Positions 29,404 through 39,768 of a stretch of 64,000 nt of DNA are shown here, piece after piece. Within the stretch, counting starts at the first letter, position 1. The number at the start of each line of letters is the position of its first letter. Position numbers and translations under genes: made by a program. The stretch comes from an uncultured cyanobacterium (lineage in GTDB: Bacteria > Cyanobacteriota > Cyanobacteriia > Cyanobacteriales > CAWCAG01). The notes below the pieces were generated by a model. The model was not told the origin of the DNA. It saw only the letters and a program-made list of their open reading frames with translations, and ran no database searches. The stretch is from NCBI GenBank assembly GCA_963803805.1, contig CAWDOD010000011.1, positions 544,001 to 608,000 of the forward strand, read 5' to 3'.

Positions 29404-31194
29404 TCAATCAATGCGAAAATCAAACGGTAAGCGGGTATAAGAATTTTTAGGATCATTCAAGCTGCGGAGAACATCTAAATCTTTCTTTAACCGGAGAAAT
29501 TCTGCTGTTAAAGGATCAAGCTGCTTAGTTTCTGATTCCCCAAGTAAGTTTTCTAAAAGTTCTTCTTCTAAAGTACGCTGTTCAGGATACTCTGTTAATT
29601 CCCAATCATCTTCTAATTCAGCTTTTTGGGCAGCATAGGCGATCGCCGCATCAACTCCACCAATTTGATCCACTAAACCAATTTCTTTCGCATCTTTCCC
29701 TGACCAGACTCTACCTTGGGCGATTTCTGCTACCTTTTCTTTAGGTAAGTTACGAGACTTAGCAACCTTATCAAGAAACTTATTATAAATATCGTCAACA
29801 TATTTTTGATAAATAGCTAACTCTTCAGGAGTTTTCGGGCGATCAACTCCCTCTGTATCAGCGAAGGTTCCTGTTTTAACCACATCCCAATTTAGCCCGT
29901 TATCAGTAGCCAACTTTTGAACATTGGGCAACAAACCAAATACACCGATAGAACCAGTGATAGTATTGGGTTCAGCGAAAATCTGATCAGAAGCAGTAGA
30001 AATCCAATAACCTCCCGAAGCTGCCACATCCCCCATAGAGATAATTACAGGCTTATCTTCCCGAATCAACTGTAACTCCCGCAAAATGATTTCAGAAGCA
30101 GTAGCACTTCCCCCAGGGCTATTAACCCGCAAAACTACCGCTTTGACATCTTCGTCGCGACGAATTTCTCTCAACTCCTCTGCAAAGCGACTGCTACCAA
30201 CTTCTTGGAGTTGCCCTTCTCCATTCACAATTGCCCCTTCAGCATAAACAACAGCTATTTTATTACCCGAAGATCGCCCCTTATTTTCTACCGCTTCGGC
30301 ATAGGTACTCAGGGAGATTTTGCGAAAAGATTCATCTTCCTTTTCTTCGATATCCGTTAGTTCCTTAAGCTGATCTATAACCTCATCAAAATAGGCTAAC
30401 TGATCTACTAAACCTGAAGCTTTTGCTTCTTCTGGCAACAATAATCCTTTAGTACTAGCAATGGTTTGAAGTTGCTTTGCCGGCAATTCCCGGCTTTTAC
30501 CCACTGTGGTAAGAAATTCTCCCCAAAGATCCCACAATAAATCCTGGGTTTGTTGGCGATTTTCCTGGCTGAAACTAGTGTTAATAAAAGGTTCTACCGC
30601 AGATTTATATTTCCCCACCCGAATTACTTGTACCCCAACTCCATACTTTTCTAGCGCCCCAGCCAGAAAAAGTTGTTGAGAACTTAAACCATTAATTTCC
30701 ATCCCTCCCATGGGATTAACGATCACCTGATCCGCAACAGAGGCTAAATAATAGTCTCTTTCTCCCCAATCTAGGTTATAAGCAATAATCGGTTTTCCTG
30801 CGGCTTTAAACTCTTCTAAGGCTGCCCTCACTTCCGTTAAAGTGGCGTAGCCTGTAGCAATGTCACCTTCATTGCTACCATCCAAAAACAAACCGACAAT
30901 TCTCTCATCATCCTTAGCTTGTTCCAACGAATCAAGAACTTGACGCAGGGTAATCATACTGTTTTCTTCCCCAGCGAGGGCTTCTCCTAAACTAGCAGGG
31001 GGATTAGTGTCTCGAATGGGTAACGAAAGATTCATCACCAAAACCGACTCATTTTTAACTTTTGGCCCTTCTTCTTCAACGGTGGCAGCAACTAAAATAG
31101 CGATTAACCCTGCTGCACCTAAAGCCATAAACAGGAATAAAGCAATAAGAGTACCAACGGTGCTAGCGAAGGTTTGTTTGAGAAACTGTTTCAT
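29404..31194 (-). CDS. sppA: Signal peptide peptidase SppA (67K type); true start MKQFLKQ
   Basis: GKYKSAVEP, RVNSPGGS, AASGGY; the track's longer start is in a tandem repeat. Confidence 0.93.
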   Translation of the reverse strand: MKQFLKQTFASTVGTLIALFLFMALGAAGLIAILVAATVEEEGPKVKNESVLVMNLSLPIRDTNPPASLGEALAGEENSMITLRQVLDSLEQAKDDERIVGLFLDGSNEGDIATGYATLTEVRAALEEFKAAGKPIIAYNLDWGERDYYLASVADQVIVNPMGGMEINGLSSQQLFLAGALEKYGVGVQVIRVGKYKSAVEPFINTSFSQENRQQTQDLLWDLWGEFLTTVGKSRELPAKQLQTIASTKGLLLPEEAKASGLVDQLAYFDEVIDQLKELTDIEEKEDESFRKISLSTYAEAVENKGRSSGNKIAVVYAEGAIVNGEGQLQEVGSSRFAEELREIRRDEDVKAVVLRVNSPGGSATASEIILRELQLIREDKPVIISMGDVAASGGYWISTASDQIFAEPNTITGSIGVFGLLPNVQKLATDNGLNWDVVKTGTFADTEGVDRPKTPEELAIYQKYVDDIYNKFLDKVAKSRNLPKEKVAEIAQGRVWSGKDAKEIGLVDQIGGVDAAIAYAAQKAELEDDWELTEYPEQRTLEEELLENLLGESETKQLDPLTAEFLRLKKDLDVLRSLNDPKNSYTRLPFDFRID

Positions 31195-31296
31195 AGGGAG
31201 ATAGGGAGATAGGGAGATAGGGAGATAGGGAGATAGGGAGGTAGGGAGGTAGGGAGGTAGGGAGATAGGGAGATAGGGAGATAGGGGGGTAGGGGG
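31195..31296. repeat. Octamer tandem repeat AGGGAG(A/G)T x~12
   Basis: Seen directly, abutting the sppA start codon. Confidence 0.92.
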
Positions 31297-31321
31297 AAAA
31301 AACAATCTTACCCATTACCTA

Positions 31322-31365
31322 TTAGCAACTAGCAACTAGCAACTAGCAACTAGCAATTAGCAATT
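31322..31365. repeat. Heptamer tandem repeat TAGCAA(C/T) x~6
   Basis: Seen directly. Confidence 0.9.
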
Positions 31366-31369
31366 AACC

Positions 31370-32398
31370 CTATCCTAACTTTTGTAGAGAATTTGAGTTT
31401 TGTAAATCAACTAAATTAGCATTACCAGTACAAAAAAGGACGGTGGTAATTTCGGCTATGAGGAGATTAACCAATTCTTGTAAAGCTTCTGGAGAATCAG
31501 TTGCTGCTTGTAGAAAAGGCCAAGCTAAACCTGCTAAATCTGCACCAAGGGCGATCGCCTTCGCTACTTCTAAACCATTACGCAACCCTCCGGAGGCAAT
31601 GAGGGGAATATGAGGGAAAAGATTGCGAATCTCCACCAAACATTCAGCAGTGGGTAAACCCCAGTCAGCAAAGGTTTGTCCTAAGCGCCTTTGCAAAGGA
31701 TTTTCTGCCCGTTCACTTTCTACTTTTGCCCAAGAAGTTCCCCCCGCCCCAGCAACATCAATAGCCCTTACACCAATATTAATTAGCTGTTGTGCCATCG
31801 GTGCAGAGATGCCATTACCTACTTCTTTAACAATTGCTGGCACTGGTAGTTTTCTACATAAAATTTCGATTTTGTCAAGAAGCCCGCGAAAATTTGTATC
31901 ACCATTACTTTGAATACACTCTTGGAGAGGATTGAGATGTAAAATCAGTGCATCAGCTTCGAGGAGATCCACTACCTGCAAACATTGCTCAATACCATAA
32001 GTATAATTAAGTTGCACAGCCCCCAGGTTAGCGAGAAGAAGAATATCCGGGGCGACAGAACGTACAGCAAAAGTATGACCAAGTTCTGGCTTTTCTACAA
32101 CAATACGTTGGGAACCTACCCCCATAGCTAATTTATACTCTTGAGCAACTTCAGCTAAGCGGTAGTTAATAGTTTTAGCTTGCTCTGTTCCTCCTGTCAT
32201 GGAAGAAATGAGTAAGGGCGCACCTAAATTTTTCCCCAAAAAACTAGTTTGGATGTTAATATCCTGCCGATCTAATTCCGGCAAGCAAGCGTGCATAAAT
32301 CGATAGTGTTCTAACCCATTGGTGAGGCGGCGAAACTGCACATCCTCTTCCAGACAAATTCGCAAGTGATCGGCTTTGCGCGTCTGGGTATTACTCAT
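31370..32398 (-). CDS. fni: Type 2 isopentenyl-diphosphate delta-isomerase
   Basis: RKADH, SSMTGG, MGVGSQR, HLNPLQE, KEVGNG, GAGGTSW. Confidence 0.95.
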   Translation of the reverse strand: MSNTQTRKADHLRICLEEDVQFRRLTNGLEHYRFMHACLPELDRQDINIQTSFLGKNLGAPLLISSMTGGTEQAKTINYRLAEVAQEYKLAMGVGSQRIVVEKPELGHTFAVRSVAPDILLLANLGAVQLNYTYGIEQCLQVVDLLEADALILHLNPLQECIQSNGDTNFRGLLDKIEILCRKLPVPAIVKEVGNGISAPMAQQLINIGVRAIDVAGAGGTSWAKVESERAENPLQRRLGQTFADWGLPTAECLVEIRNLFPHIPLIASGGLRNGLEVAKAIALGADLAGLAWPFLQAATDSPEALQELVNLLIAEITTVLFCTGNANLVDLQNSNSLQKLG

Positions 32399-32714
32399 AA
32401 TTTCTTTTGGTTAGCGGTAATTTTTTTCAGCCTAGGTCAACTCTTATTATTATGCTTTAATTCCCATTTCACCTGAAGTATTGGCAATTCTTTATGTTTA
32501 GCTGAAAGATGATCGCCGTTGACATCCTCCCTGCTGCTACTCTCATCGTCTTATTACCTTCCTCTTTTTGTTTTGATAAAATCGGTGAATATTGGCTACG
32601 GAGGATGAGATAAAGTGATTTATAGGTAGCATTTTTGTTTTCATTCCCTACTCAAAACTGGTCATCCCTAACTTGATTTGGGCATAATGGACTAACACAT
32701 TACTAACCCTTTCT

Positions 32715-33047
32715 TTGTTACTATTTTGTACCACCGTAAGCTGTAGTGGCACTGAACTATTTTCTGAGGAAAAAGAATTAGCTACCAGTACTCAAACTCA
32801 AAAAGTTCAGCAAAGATTTGATAATGTTGCTCTTGATATTATGACCTTTGAGGGGCCTGTTAATCGCTATGCCCGTGATTTTGAAGCTTTAACTGGGGCA
32901 ACTATTAATCTCAAAATCTTTCCCTTCCCAGAAGTGCATGATGCCATCTTCCAAGACTTAGGTAGCAAAACCAATCAATACGGAATTGGGCGCGAGGCTC
33001 AACTTGCTGCTTATCGTCACAGTTTAGGATTAACCCCCCAGGAGTAA
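32715..33047 (+). pseudogene. Internally deleted extracellular solute-binding lipoprotein
   Basis: Lipobox-like VSC, SBP-like N-terminus joined directly to an SBP-like C-terminus IGREAQLAAYRHSLGL; only 110 aa. Confidence 0.6.
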
Positions 33048-33051
33048 ACCC

Positions 33052-36000
33052 ATGCGGCATTGGAAACTCAGCACCAAGGTTGTTGCCTCTTATTCTCTAC
33101 TTATTGCTCTAATAGCAGGGGGCTTATCCTCGGCAATGTATTGGCAATTGCGCTTAAGTCAGCGTCAAAACATTCAAGAGCGGCTTTTACAAACCCTCAG
33201 ACTTGTAGTTCCTCAAATTGACAGTGACTACCATAGTTTAATAGTGACTGCTAAAGATCAACGGACACCCTATTACAATATCAGTCAAAATATTCTCAAA
33301 GATATTTCGGCCACTAGTCAAGATATTAAACGAATTTATACACTCCGTTCCGATTCTGCAAATGGTTTTACTGATGTGCTGAGTTACAATCGGGACTCAG
33401 AAGGGAAGAAAGTGGGGGTTAGGGATGTACCTAGTTATGTTTCTGAGCGCTTAAAAAAACATTCTCTTGAGGAAGCCTTTGTTGAAAAAAGATTCCAGCG
33501 CAATGAAGCAGGGGAAGTGATTTTGTACGGCTACGCACCAATTCAAGATGATTTTGGTAAAACAGACGGTATTTTAGTTATCGAACTTGATGCTACCTCA
33601 ATTATTCAAAGGGAATTTCAACTAGGGGCGATCGCGATTCTAATTTTTGTGGTTGTCTGGGGTGGAACTGTTGCTGTGGCTTGGTGGCTGGCGCGATCGC
33701 TAGTTATTAAGCCTACCTTACAGCTTAACAACGCAGCTAAACAATTAGCGGCTGGTAACTGGCAACATCCCTTACCGACAGAACGTCAAGACGAGTTTGG
33801 AGAGTTGGCTCACTCTTTTAAGATTATGGCCAAACAACTTCAAGAATCCTTCGGAAAACTAGAAGAATATTCCCAAACTTTAGCAGATAAAGTTGAAGGG
33901 CGAACCCAAGAACTAGAAGACTCATGGAGATTTTTACAATTAATTATTAATTCAATTCCTGAGTTTGTTTTTTGGAAAGATCGCGACTATAAATATATAG
34001 GTTGTAATCAAAAATTTGCTGAGGTAGCAGGAGTTGCTTCCCCCGAAGAAATTGTTGGTAAATCTGATTATGATTTACCTTGGAAAAAAGAAGAGGCTGA
34101 TTGGTTTCGTGAGTATGATCGCCGAGTGATGGAATTAGATAGTTCTGAATTAGGAATTATTGAACCTCAATCTCAAGCCAACGGTAAGCAAACTTGGTTA
34201 GAAACTAGCAAAGTACCTTTACATGATGCCCATGGTAATGTAATTGGTATTTTAGGAACATTTCAAGATATTGCAGAGCGCAAGAAAGCTGAAGAAAACC
34301 TCCAGCATTTGAACATTGAATTAAAAGAATCACGGCAGTTTTTACAGCTTATTATTGATTCAGTTCCTGAGTGTGTTTTCTGGAAAGATCGCAATTCTAT
34401 TTTGCTAGGCTGCAACCGAAAACTAGCTGAAATAGCCGGACTTAATCACCCGGAAGAAATTGTTGGTAAATCTGATTATGATTTGCCTTGGAAAAAAGAA
34501 GAGTCTGATTGGTTTCGCGAGTGCGATCGCCGGGTGATGGCATCAGATACTCCTGAATTAGGAATTATTGAACCTCAATCTCAAGCTAATGGTAAGCAAA
34601 CTTGGCTAGAAACAAATAAAGTGCCATTGCACAATTCTCAAGGTGAGGTGATTGGCATTTTAGGGACATTTCAAGATGTTACTGAGCGTAAACAAGCTGA
34701 AGAAAACCTCCAACATTTGAATGTTGAACTGCAAGAATCACGGCAATTTTTACAATTGATTATTGATTCAATTCCTGAGTTTGTTTTCTGGAAAGATCGC
34801 AATTCTCTTTATTTAGGTTGCAATCAGAAATTTGCTGAGGCGGCAGGAGTTGATTCCCCTGAAAAAATTGTTGGTAAATCTGATTATGATTTGCCGTGGA
34901 AAAAAGAAGAGACTGATTGGTTTCGCGAGTGTGATCGTCAGGTGATGACATCAGATACTCCTGAATTAGGAATCATCGAGCCTCAATATCAAGCTAGTGG
35001 CAAACAAACTTGGCTCGAAACCAACAAAATCCCTCTCCATGATGCTCAAGGTGAGGTGATTGGCATTTTAGGGACATTTCAAGATGTTACTGAGCGTAAA
35101 CAAGCGGAAGAAAACCTCCAACATTTGAACGTTGAATTAGCCCAAGCGAAGGAAAAGGCTGATTTAGCCAATAAAGCAAAAAGTGAATTCCTCGCCAACA
35201 TGAGTCACGAATTGCGTACCCCCCTTAACGGCATTCTTGGTTATGCCCAAATTTTGCAACAGGAGGACTCTTTATCTCAACGAGGTAAAAAAGGTATTAA
35301 AATCATCTACCAATGCGGTGAACATCTGCTCAACCTGATTAATGATGTACTAGATATTGCGAAAATTGAAGCCCGAAAAATGGAATTGCGTCCTACAGAG
35401 ATTCATTTCCCAGGCTTTATTGAAGGTATTGCTGAGATTTGTAGCATCCGTGCAGAACAAAAAGGAATTTTGTTTAACTACCAATTAGAAAAAGAAATTC
35501 CTCTAGGGGTATCAGTTGACGAAAAACGCTTGCGGCAAGTTTTAGTTAACCTCCTGGGTAACGCCATTAAGTTTACTGATGAAGGTGTCGTAACTTTCAA
35601 GGTAATTAAGTTAGCTACAGAACAAGCCCATATCCAACTACGCTTTCAAGTAGAAGATACAGGGGTAGGTATGACACCAGAGCAAATGGAGAAAATCTTT
35701 CAACCCTTTGAACAGGTTGGTGATGGTGAAAAACAATCTCAGGGAACTGGTTTAGGACTAGCTATTAGTACTCAAATCGTTTCTCTGATGGCAAGTAAGC
35801 TAGAACTCAAAAGCATACCGGGGCAAGGTAGTACTTTTTGGTTTGATGTTAAGCTGCCCCAAGCTAAGGAGTGGACAGTAAGCTCAACATTAACCCCTAA
35901 AGGCAAAATAGTTAGCTACGAAGGGGCTAAATTAACCATTTTGGTGGTAGATGATCATTGGGAAAATCGCTCAGTTGTTGTTAATTACCTTGAACCTTTA

Positions 36001-36585
36001 GGTTTTGAACTGATGGAAGCGCAAAATGCTGAAGAAGCATTAATAAAAGCCCAAACTGTTATTCCTGATTTAATGATCATAGATCTGATGATGCCTGTTA
36101 TGAATGGTTATCAATTAATGGAACAGATGGCTAAAATTCCCCAACTAAAAGCAATACCAATTATTGTTTGCTCTGCTGATGTTTTTAAGAGTGATCAGCA
36201 TAAAAGTTTAGATTATGGTGCAAATGCTTTTCTACCCAAACCCATAGATACAGTAGAACTGCTCAAGGTTTTAGAAAAGCATTTGCAATTGAGCTGGGTT
36301 TACCAGAGTGATGCAACCACAAGAGAAACTGAAACGGCATCTTCAGATCCTACAGAGTTAATTTTCCCCCCCCAGGTATTACTGAACACTTTATATGATT
36401 TTGCTTTACAAGGACGTATTCAAGGGATTAACAACGAACTTACTAAGTTAGAAAAAGTAGATAAATGTTATCAGCCATTTATCCAGGATCTAGCTACTTT
36501 GACGAAGACATTCCAAGTGAGAAAGATTCAAAAGTATTTAGCCAAAGCCATTGCCGCAGCAGATAGTTCAACTCAACAAGGATAA
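33052..36585 (+). CDS. Hybrid sensor kinase: TM-sensor-TM-HAMP-3xPAS-HisKA-HATPase-REC
   Basis: FLANMSHELRTPLN, NAIKFT, GTGLGL, VVDDH...DLMMP. Confidence 0.95.
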   Translation: MRHWKLSTKVVASYSLLIALIAGGLSSAMYWQLRLSQRQNIQERLLQTLRLVVPQIDSDYHSLIVTAKDQRTPYYNISQNILKDISATSQDIKRIYTLRSDSANGFTDVLSYNRDSEGKKVGVRDVPSYVSERLKKHSLEEAFVEKRFQRNEAGEVILYGYAPIQDDFGKTDGILVIELDATSIIQREFQLGAIAILIFVVVWGGTVAVAWWLARSLVIKPTLQLNNAAKQLAAGNWQHPLPTERQDEFGELAHSFKIMAKQLQESFGKLEEYSQTLADKVEGRTQELEDSWRFLQLIINSIPEFVFWKDRDYKYIGCNQKFAEVAGVASPEEIVGKSDYDLPWKKEEADWFREYDRRVMELDSSELGIIEPQSQANGKQTWLETSKVPLHDAHGNVIGILGTFQDIAERKKAEENLQHLNIELKESRQFLQLIIDSVPECVFWKDRNSILLGCNRKLAEIAGLNHPEEIVGKSDYDLPWKKEESDWFRECDRRVMASDTPELGIIEPQSQANGKQTWLETNKVPLHNSQGEVIGILGTFQDVTERKQAEENLQHLNVELQESRQFLQLIIDSIPEFVFWKDRNSLYLGCNQKFAEAAGVDSPEKIVGKSDYDLPWKKEETDWFRECDRQVMTSDTPELGIIEPQYQASGKQTWLETNKIPLHDAQGEVIGILGTFQDVTERKQAEENLQHLNVELAQAKEKADLANKAKSEFLANMSHELRTPLNGILGYAQILQQEDSLSQRGKKGIKIIYQCGEHLLNLINDVLDIAKIEARKMELRPTEIHFPGFIEGIAEICSIRAEQKGILFNYQLEKEIPLGVSVDEKRLRQVLVNLLGNAIKFTDEGVVTFKVIKLATEQAHIQLRFQVEDTGVGMTPEQMEKIFQPFEQVGDGEKQSQGTGLGLAISTQIVSLMASKLELKSIPGQGSTFWFDVKLPQAKEWTVSSTLTPKGKIVSYEGAKLTILVVDDHWENRSVVVNYLEPLGFELMEAQNAEEALIKAQTVIPDLMIIDLMMPVMNGYQLMEQMAKIPQLKAIPIIVCSADVFKSDQHKSLDYGANAFLPKPIDTVELLKVLEKHLQLSWVYQSDATTRETETASSDPTELIFPPQVLLNTLYDFALQGRIQGINNELTKLEKVDKCYQPFIQDLATLTKTFQVRKIQKYLAKAIAAADSSTQQG
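33931..35140 (+). repeat. Three tandem ~408-bp PAS-coding repeats
   Basis: Units start at 33931, 34339 and 34747 with high DNA identity. Confidence 0.9.
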
Positions 36586-36622
36586 GATTGTTAAGGCAAT
36601 TCAACCATCCAACATTATCCTC

Positions 36623-36840
36623 AATAAATTAGCGATTCTCTCAGATACTTTAACTGATGCTGGTTTGGGATTTGCGATCGCAACGAGGGGGTGAATCGGC
36701 TCTAGAATAACTCAAGCACGTTGTGGTTTCCTTAATCTTACTAGATGTGACGATGCCGGGAATTATGGAAACAGAAGCCGGGGATTTCTACGGAGTTGAT
36801 GATTACTTTGCTGAAGAAAGCAGGAGTTTTTCAGCAATAA
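36623..36840 (+). pseudogene. Decayed response-regulator receiver gene
   Basis: NKLAILSDTLTDAGLGFAIAT / frameshift / GESALE*LKHVVVSLILLDVTMPGI. Confidence 0.7.
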
Positions 36841-37274
36841 GTAATAAGTTAATTTAGTAGTGTTCATTATTAAATATTCTGAATTTACATAACTTCAAGT
36901 TAAAAAATGTCAAGGCCAAAAAAATTTGCTTCACAACGTATTTGTGTGGTTTAATGGCTTTATTAAAAAATAATGCTAGCCTCCTTGTACCTCAAATTAA
37001 AACAGGTCTTCTGGAACCTTGATAAATCGTTGTAAATCTCCTATTTTCTCTCGAAATCCTAGCAATATGAATTGCTAAGTTGAACAAATTTTTAGAGAGT
37101 TGAAAAAGTTTTTTTGACACATTACAAGTTTTGTGGTAATAAGCGATTTGATGGTAACGGGAGTAATTTCTGCTTTTTTCTATTCGACATCTCCTAAAAT
37201 CAAAAATAAAATCAATTCTCATATCTCATATCGAAAATCATTAATTATTCCTTACTATTCCCTTATTTCCATTT

Positions 37275-39158
37275 ATGTCTAGTTCCATAGATACAGGAGA
37301 AATTTTAAGCGATCGCTATCAAATTTTGCGGCGGTTAGGGCAAAGCAAATTTGGTTACACTTACTTAGCAGAGGATATCAGTGATGGTAGTGGTACTTTT
37401 GTTCTCAAAGAGTTATTAGTTCCAGGGGGAGATAGTTGCTATAGAGCCAAAGTAGAAAAATTGTTGACAATAGAGGCTAAACTACTCCATCAACTCAAAC
37501 ATCCCCAAGTTCCTAAGTTTCGAGAACTATTCCACCACAAACAAGCAGAAAAAAAGCGCTTCTTTTTAGTGCAAGACTACGTAGAAGGTCATAGCTATCG
37601 TACCTTTTTAGAAACCCGCAAAAGCCAAAGCTATTGCTTCAATGAAGAAGAAGTAATTAAATTATTTAAACAAATTTTGCCTCTATTACAATACATTCAT
37701 GACCAAGGGGTCATTCACGGTTGTATCTGTCCAGATAATATTTTGCTCCGGACTTGGGATCTTTTACCGGTATTGATTGATTTTGGAGGCATCAAAAAAG
37801 TTGTCGCCAATATCTCCTCTCAAAATCGTCCTGGTTGGGGAAAACTAGGCTATGCTCCCCCAGAACAACGAACTGAGGGTGTTGTGGCAACCCATAGCGA
37901 CTTATATGCCCTAGCAGTGACAGCCTTAGTACTGTTAAGCGGGAAATTGCCCCAGCAGCTTTTTAATCGTCAAACTCGAGAGTGGGATTGGCAAAAAAAC
38001 CATCTTAGTCCCCAATTGCAACCAGTGGTAAAAAAGATGCTTACCCCAGAACCAAGGGAGCGCTATCAAAAAGCCAGTGAAGTTCTCCATGATCTTGATA
38101 ATCCTCCTAAGCCCTCCCCTAAAAACTTGCCAACAATAGTTAAGTCCCCATCTTCATACCTCCTTGCCAAAAGTAGACCTGTAGGCAAGTTATTCGGTCA
38201 AGCTTCCCTTCTATTACTGCTCATCACTAGTTCCGCTTTGATAGGTTGGTTTGCTGGACGTATTTGGCTCAAACAGCAAGTAAACAGAACCGAGAAAAGC
38301 CTCGAATTAGAAGAACCTAAACGACTTAGCTTTCCTGATATTGATGATGCAGAACCACCATCTTCCCTTAATCTTCCCCCAGAAGAACAACAACGCAAAC
38401 AAAAATTAAGGGAAAAGCGCCTCAACTTAGGCATAGACTACGATTTTTACTTAGATTTAATCAATCAGCAATTTTGGCAAAAATATTCTGCCCAAGAAGG
38501 GCGCATCCTCACCGAAGAACCAGAAGATGCTCAATTACGTACAAATTGGGATAGAATTGCCTCAGAAATGTTAAAGAAACTGGAATTCCTCAGCCCTGAA
38601 GCCCGTCGAGGTTTGGGAAAATATCGAGAAGCTGATCGTCAAGGTTGGCAGCGAGAGGCTAATGAATTAAACCTGAGCAGTAAAGCTCTTTTTGATCTAG
38701 CTGATGGGGCATTCTTACAATACTTTCCTCAACAAGCCCAAGAAGATTTTCTTGATACTTCCCTTGGTCAAATCTGGCATGGCATTGTGTTAGATAAACT
38801 CAAAGCTTTACAATCTCGACAAGCTTTAGAACAAGTTATCTTAACAGCAAATAAAACTTCCTATGAAGATAGTGGGGAATTAAAATCAGGAGAGGGGCAA
38901 GTTTATATTGGAGAATTCAAGGCCGATGAGTTCATCAGAGTAGATTTAACTGCACCGAGGGGAGTAATTTTTTCCATTTACCCTCCCGCCGGAGGTGAAG
39001 CCATTTTAGAAGATTCCCCAGAGCATAGTTGGTGGACTGAATTACCCGAATCGGGAGTTTATGAGTTTGTTATAGTTTCTCAAGCAGGAGAACCTGTCAA
39101 CTACCAACTCGATATTTCCATAACACCAAAATTAGATGAAGAACCTGAGTTTTATTAG
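37275..39158 (+). CDS. Ser/Thr kinase-like membrane protein (probable pseudokinase)
   Basis: VLKE, DFG and GYAPPEQ present; HRD replaced by HGC; TM helix. Confidence 0.88.
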   Translation: MSSSIDTGEILSDRYQILRRLGQSKFGYTYLAEDISDGSGTFVLKELLVPGGDSCYRAKVEKLLTIEAKLLHQLKHPQVPKFRELFHHKQAEKKRFFLVQDYVEGHSYRTFLETRKSQSYCFNEEEVIKLFKQILPLLQYIHDQGVIHGCICPDNILLRTWDLLPVLIDFGGIKKVVANISSQNRPGWGKLGYAPPEQRTEGVVATHSDLYALAVTALVLLSGKLPQQLFNRQTREWDWQKNHLSPQLQPVVKKMLTPEPRERYQKASEVLHDLDNPPKPSPKNLPTIVKSPSSYLLAKSRPVGKLFGQASLLLLLITSSALIGWFAGRIWLKQQVNRTEKSLELEEPKRLSFPDIDDAEPPSSLNLPPEEQQRKQKLREKRLNLGIDYDFYLDLINQQFWQKYSAQEGRILTEEPEDAQLRTNWDRIASEMLKKLEFLSPEARRGLGKYREADRQGWQREANELNLSSKALFDLADGAFLQYFPQQAQEDFLDTSLGQIWHGIVLDKLKALQSRQALEQVILTANKTSYEDSGELKSGEGQVYIGEFKADEFIRVDLTAPRGVIFSIYPPAGGEAILEDSPEHSWWTELPESGVYEFVIVSQAGEPVNYQLDISITPKLDEEPEFY

Positions 39159-39174
39159 TTGTACTCAACCCCAA

Positions 39175-39651
39175 TCACTGCACCATAAGTACTGAACAAG
39201 AAGCATGGTGTAAAACATAACTGCTGACACTACCTAAAATCATCTCTGTTAAACCACTGCGCCCTCGATGTCCCACCACAATCAAATCAGCTTCTTCTTC
39301 CCCAGCTAAGTCACAAATAGTTTTACCAGGATTACCTGTAATTTGATGATAATCTGCCCTGACTCCTACTTGAAGAGCTTTTTTCTGTCGCGATCGCAAA
39401 AGTTCAATCCCTTGTCTTTTAAATTCTTCCCATTCTTCTCGCCACATATTGAGGGTTTTATCATTCCCCACCGCAGGATACAGCTCTTGTAAGTCACTAG
39501 GAATAGGCATAGGGGCTTCTTCCTCTTCTTCTGAAAGAACATGGAGCATAATTAACTTAGCCCCCACTAACTGAGCGAGGGAAAGGGCTTTTTCAAAAAC
39601 CAGATTGTCTGTTTCTGAATTTTCTGTAGCTACAACGATGGTATTGAACAT
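39175..39651 (-). CDS. Universal stress protein
   Basis: DLIVVGHRGRSG...LGSVS.YVLHHA.CSVL. Confidence 0.93.
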   Translation of the reverse strand: MFNTIVVATENSETDNLVFEKALSLAQLVGAKLIMLHVLSEEEEEAPMPIPSDLQELYPAVGNDKTLNMWREEWEEFKRQGIELLRSRQKKALQVGVRADYHQITGNPGKTICDLAGEEEADLIVVGHRGRSGLTEMILGSVSSYVLHHASCSVLMVQ

Positions 39652-39768
39652 GAGGGAGTGAGGAGCAGCGTTAATTAAAAATTAAAAATTAAAAATTAAA
39701 AATTAGGATTTGATACATATATTAAGAGCTTATTTTATAAAGGACTGAAAAAGCACTTCTTGACAAGC

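Noticed and set aside
31195-31305. Pro/Ser-rich N-terminal extension of SppA
   Set aside because: Translation of the octamer repeat; the family-typical start is at 31194
32519-32536. TTGACATCCTCCC, resembling an IS200/IS605-type end
   Set aside because: No following hairpin or transposase; too short to support
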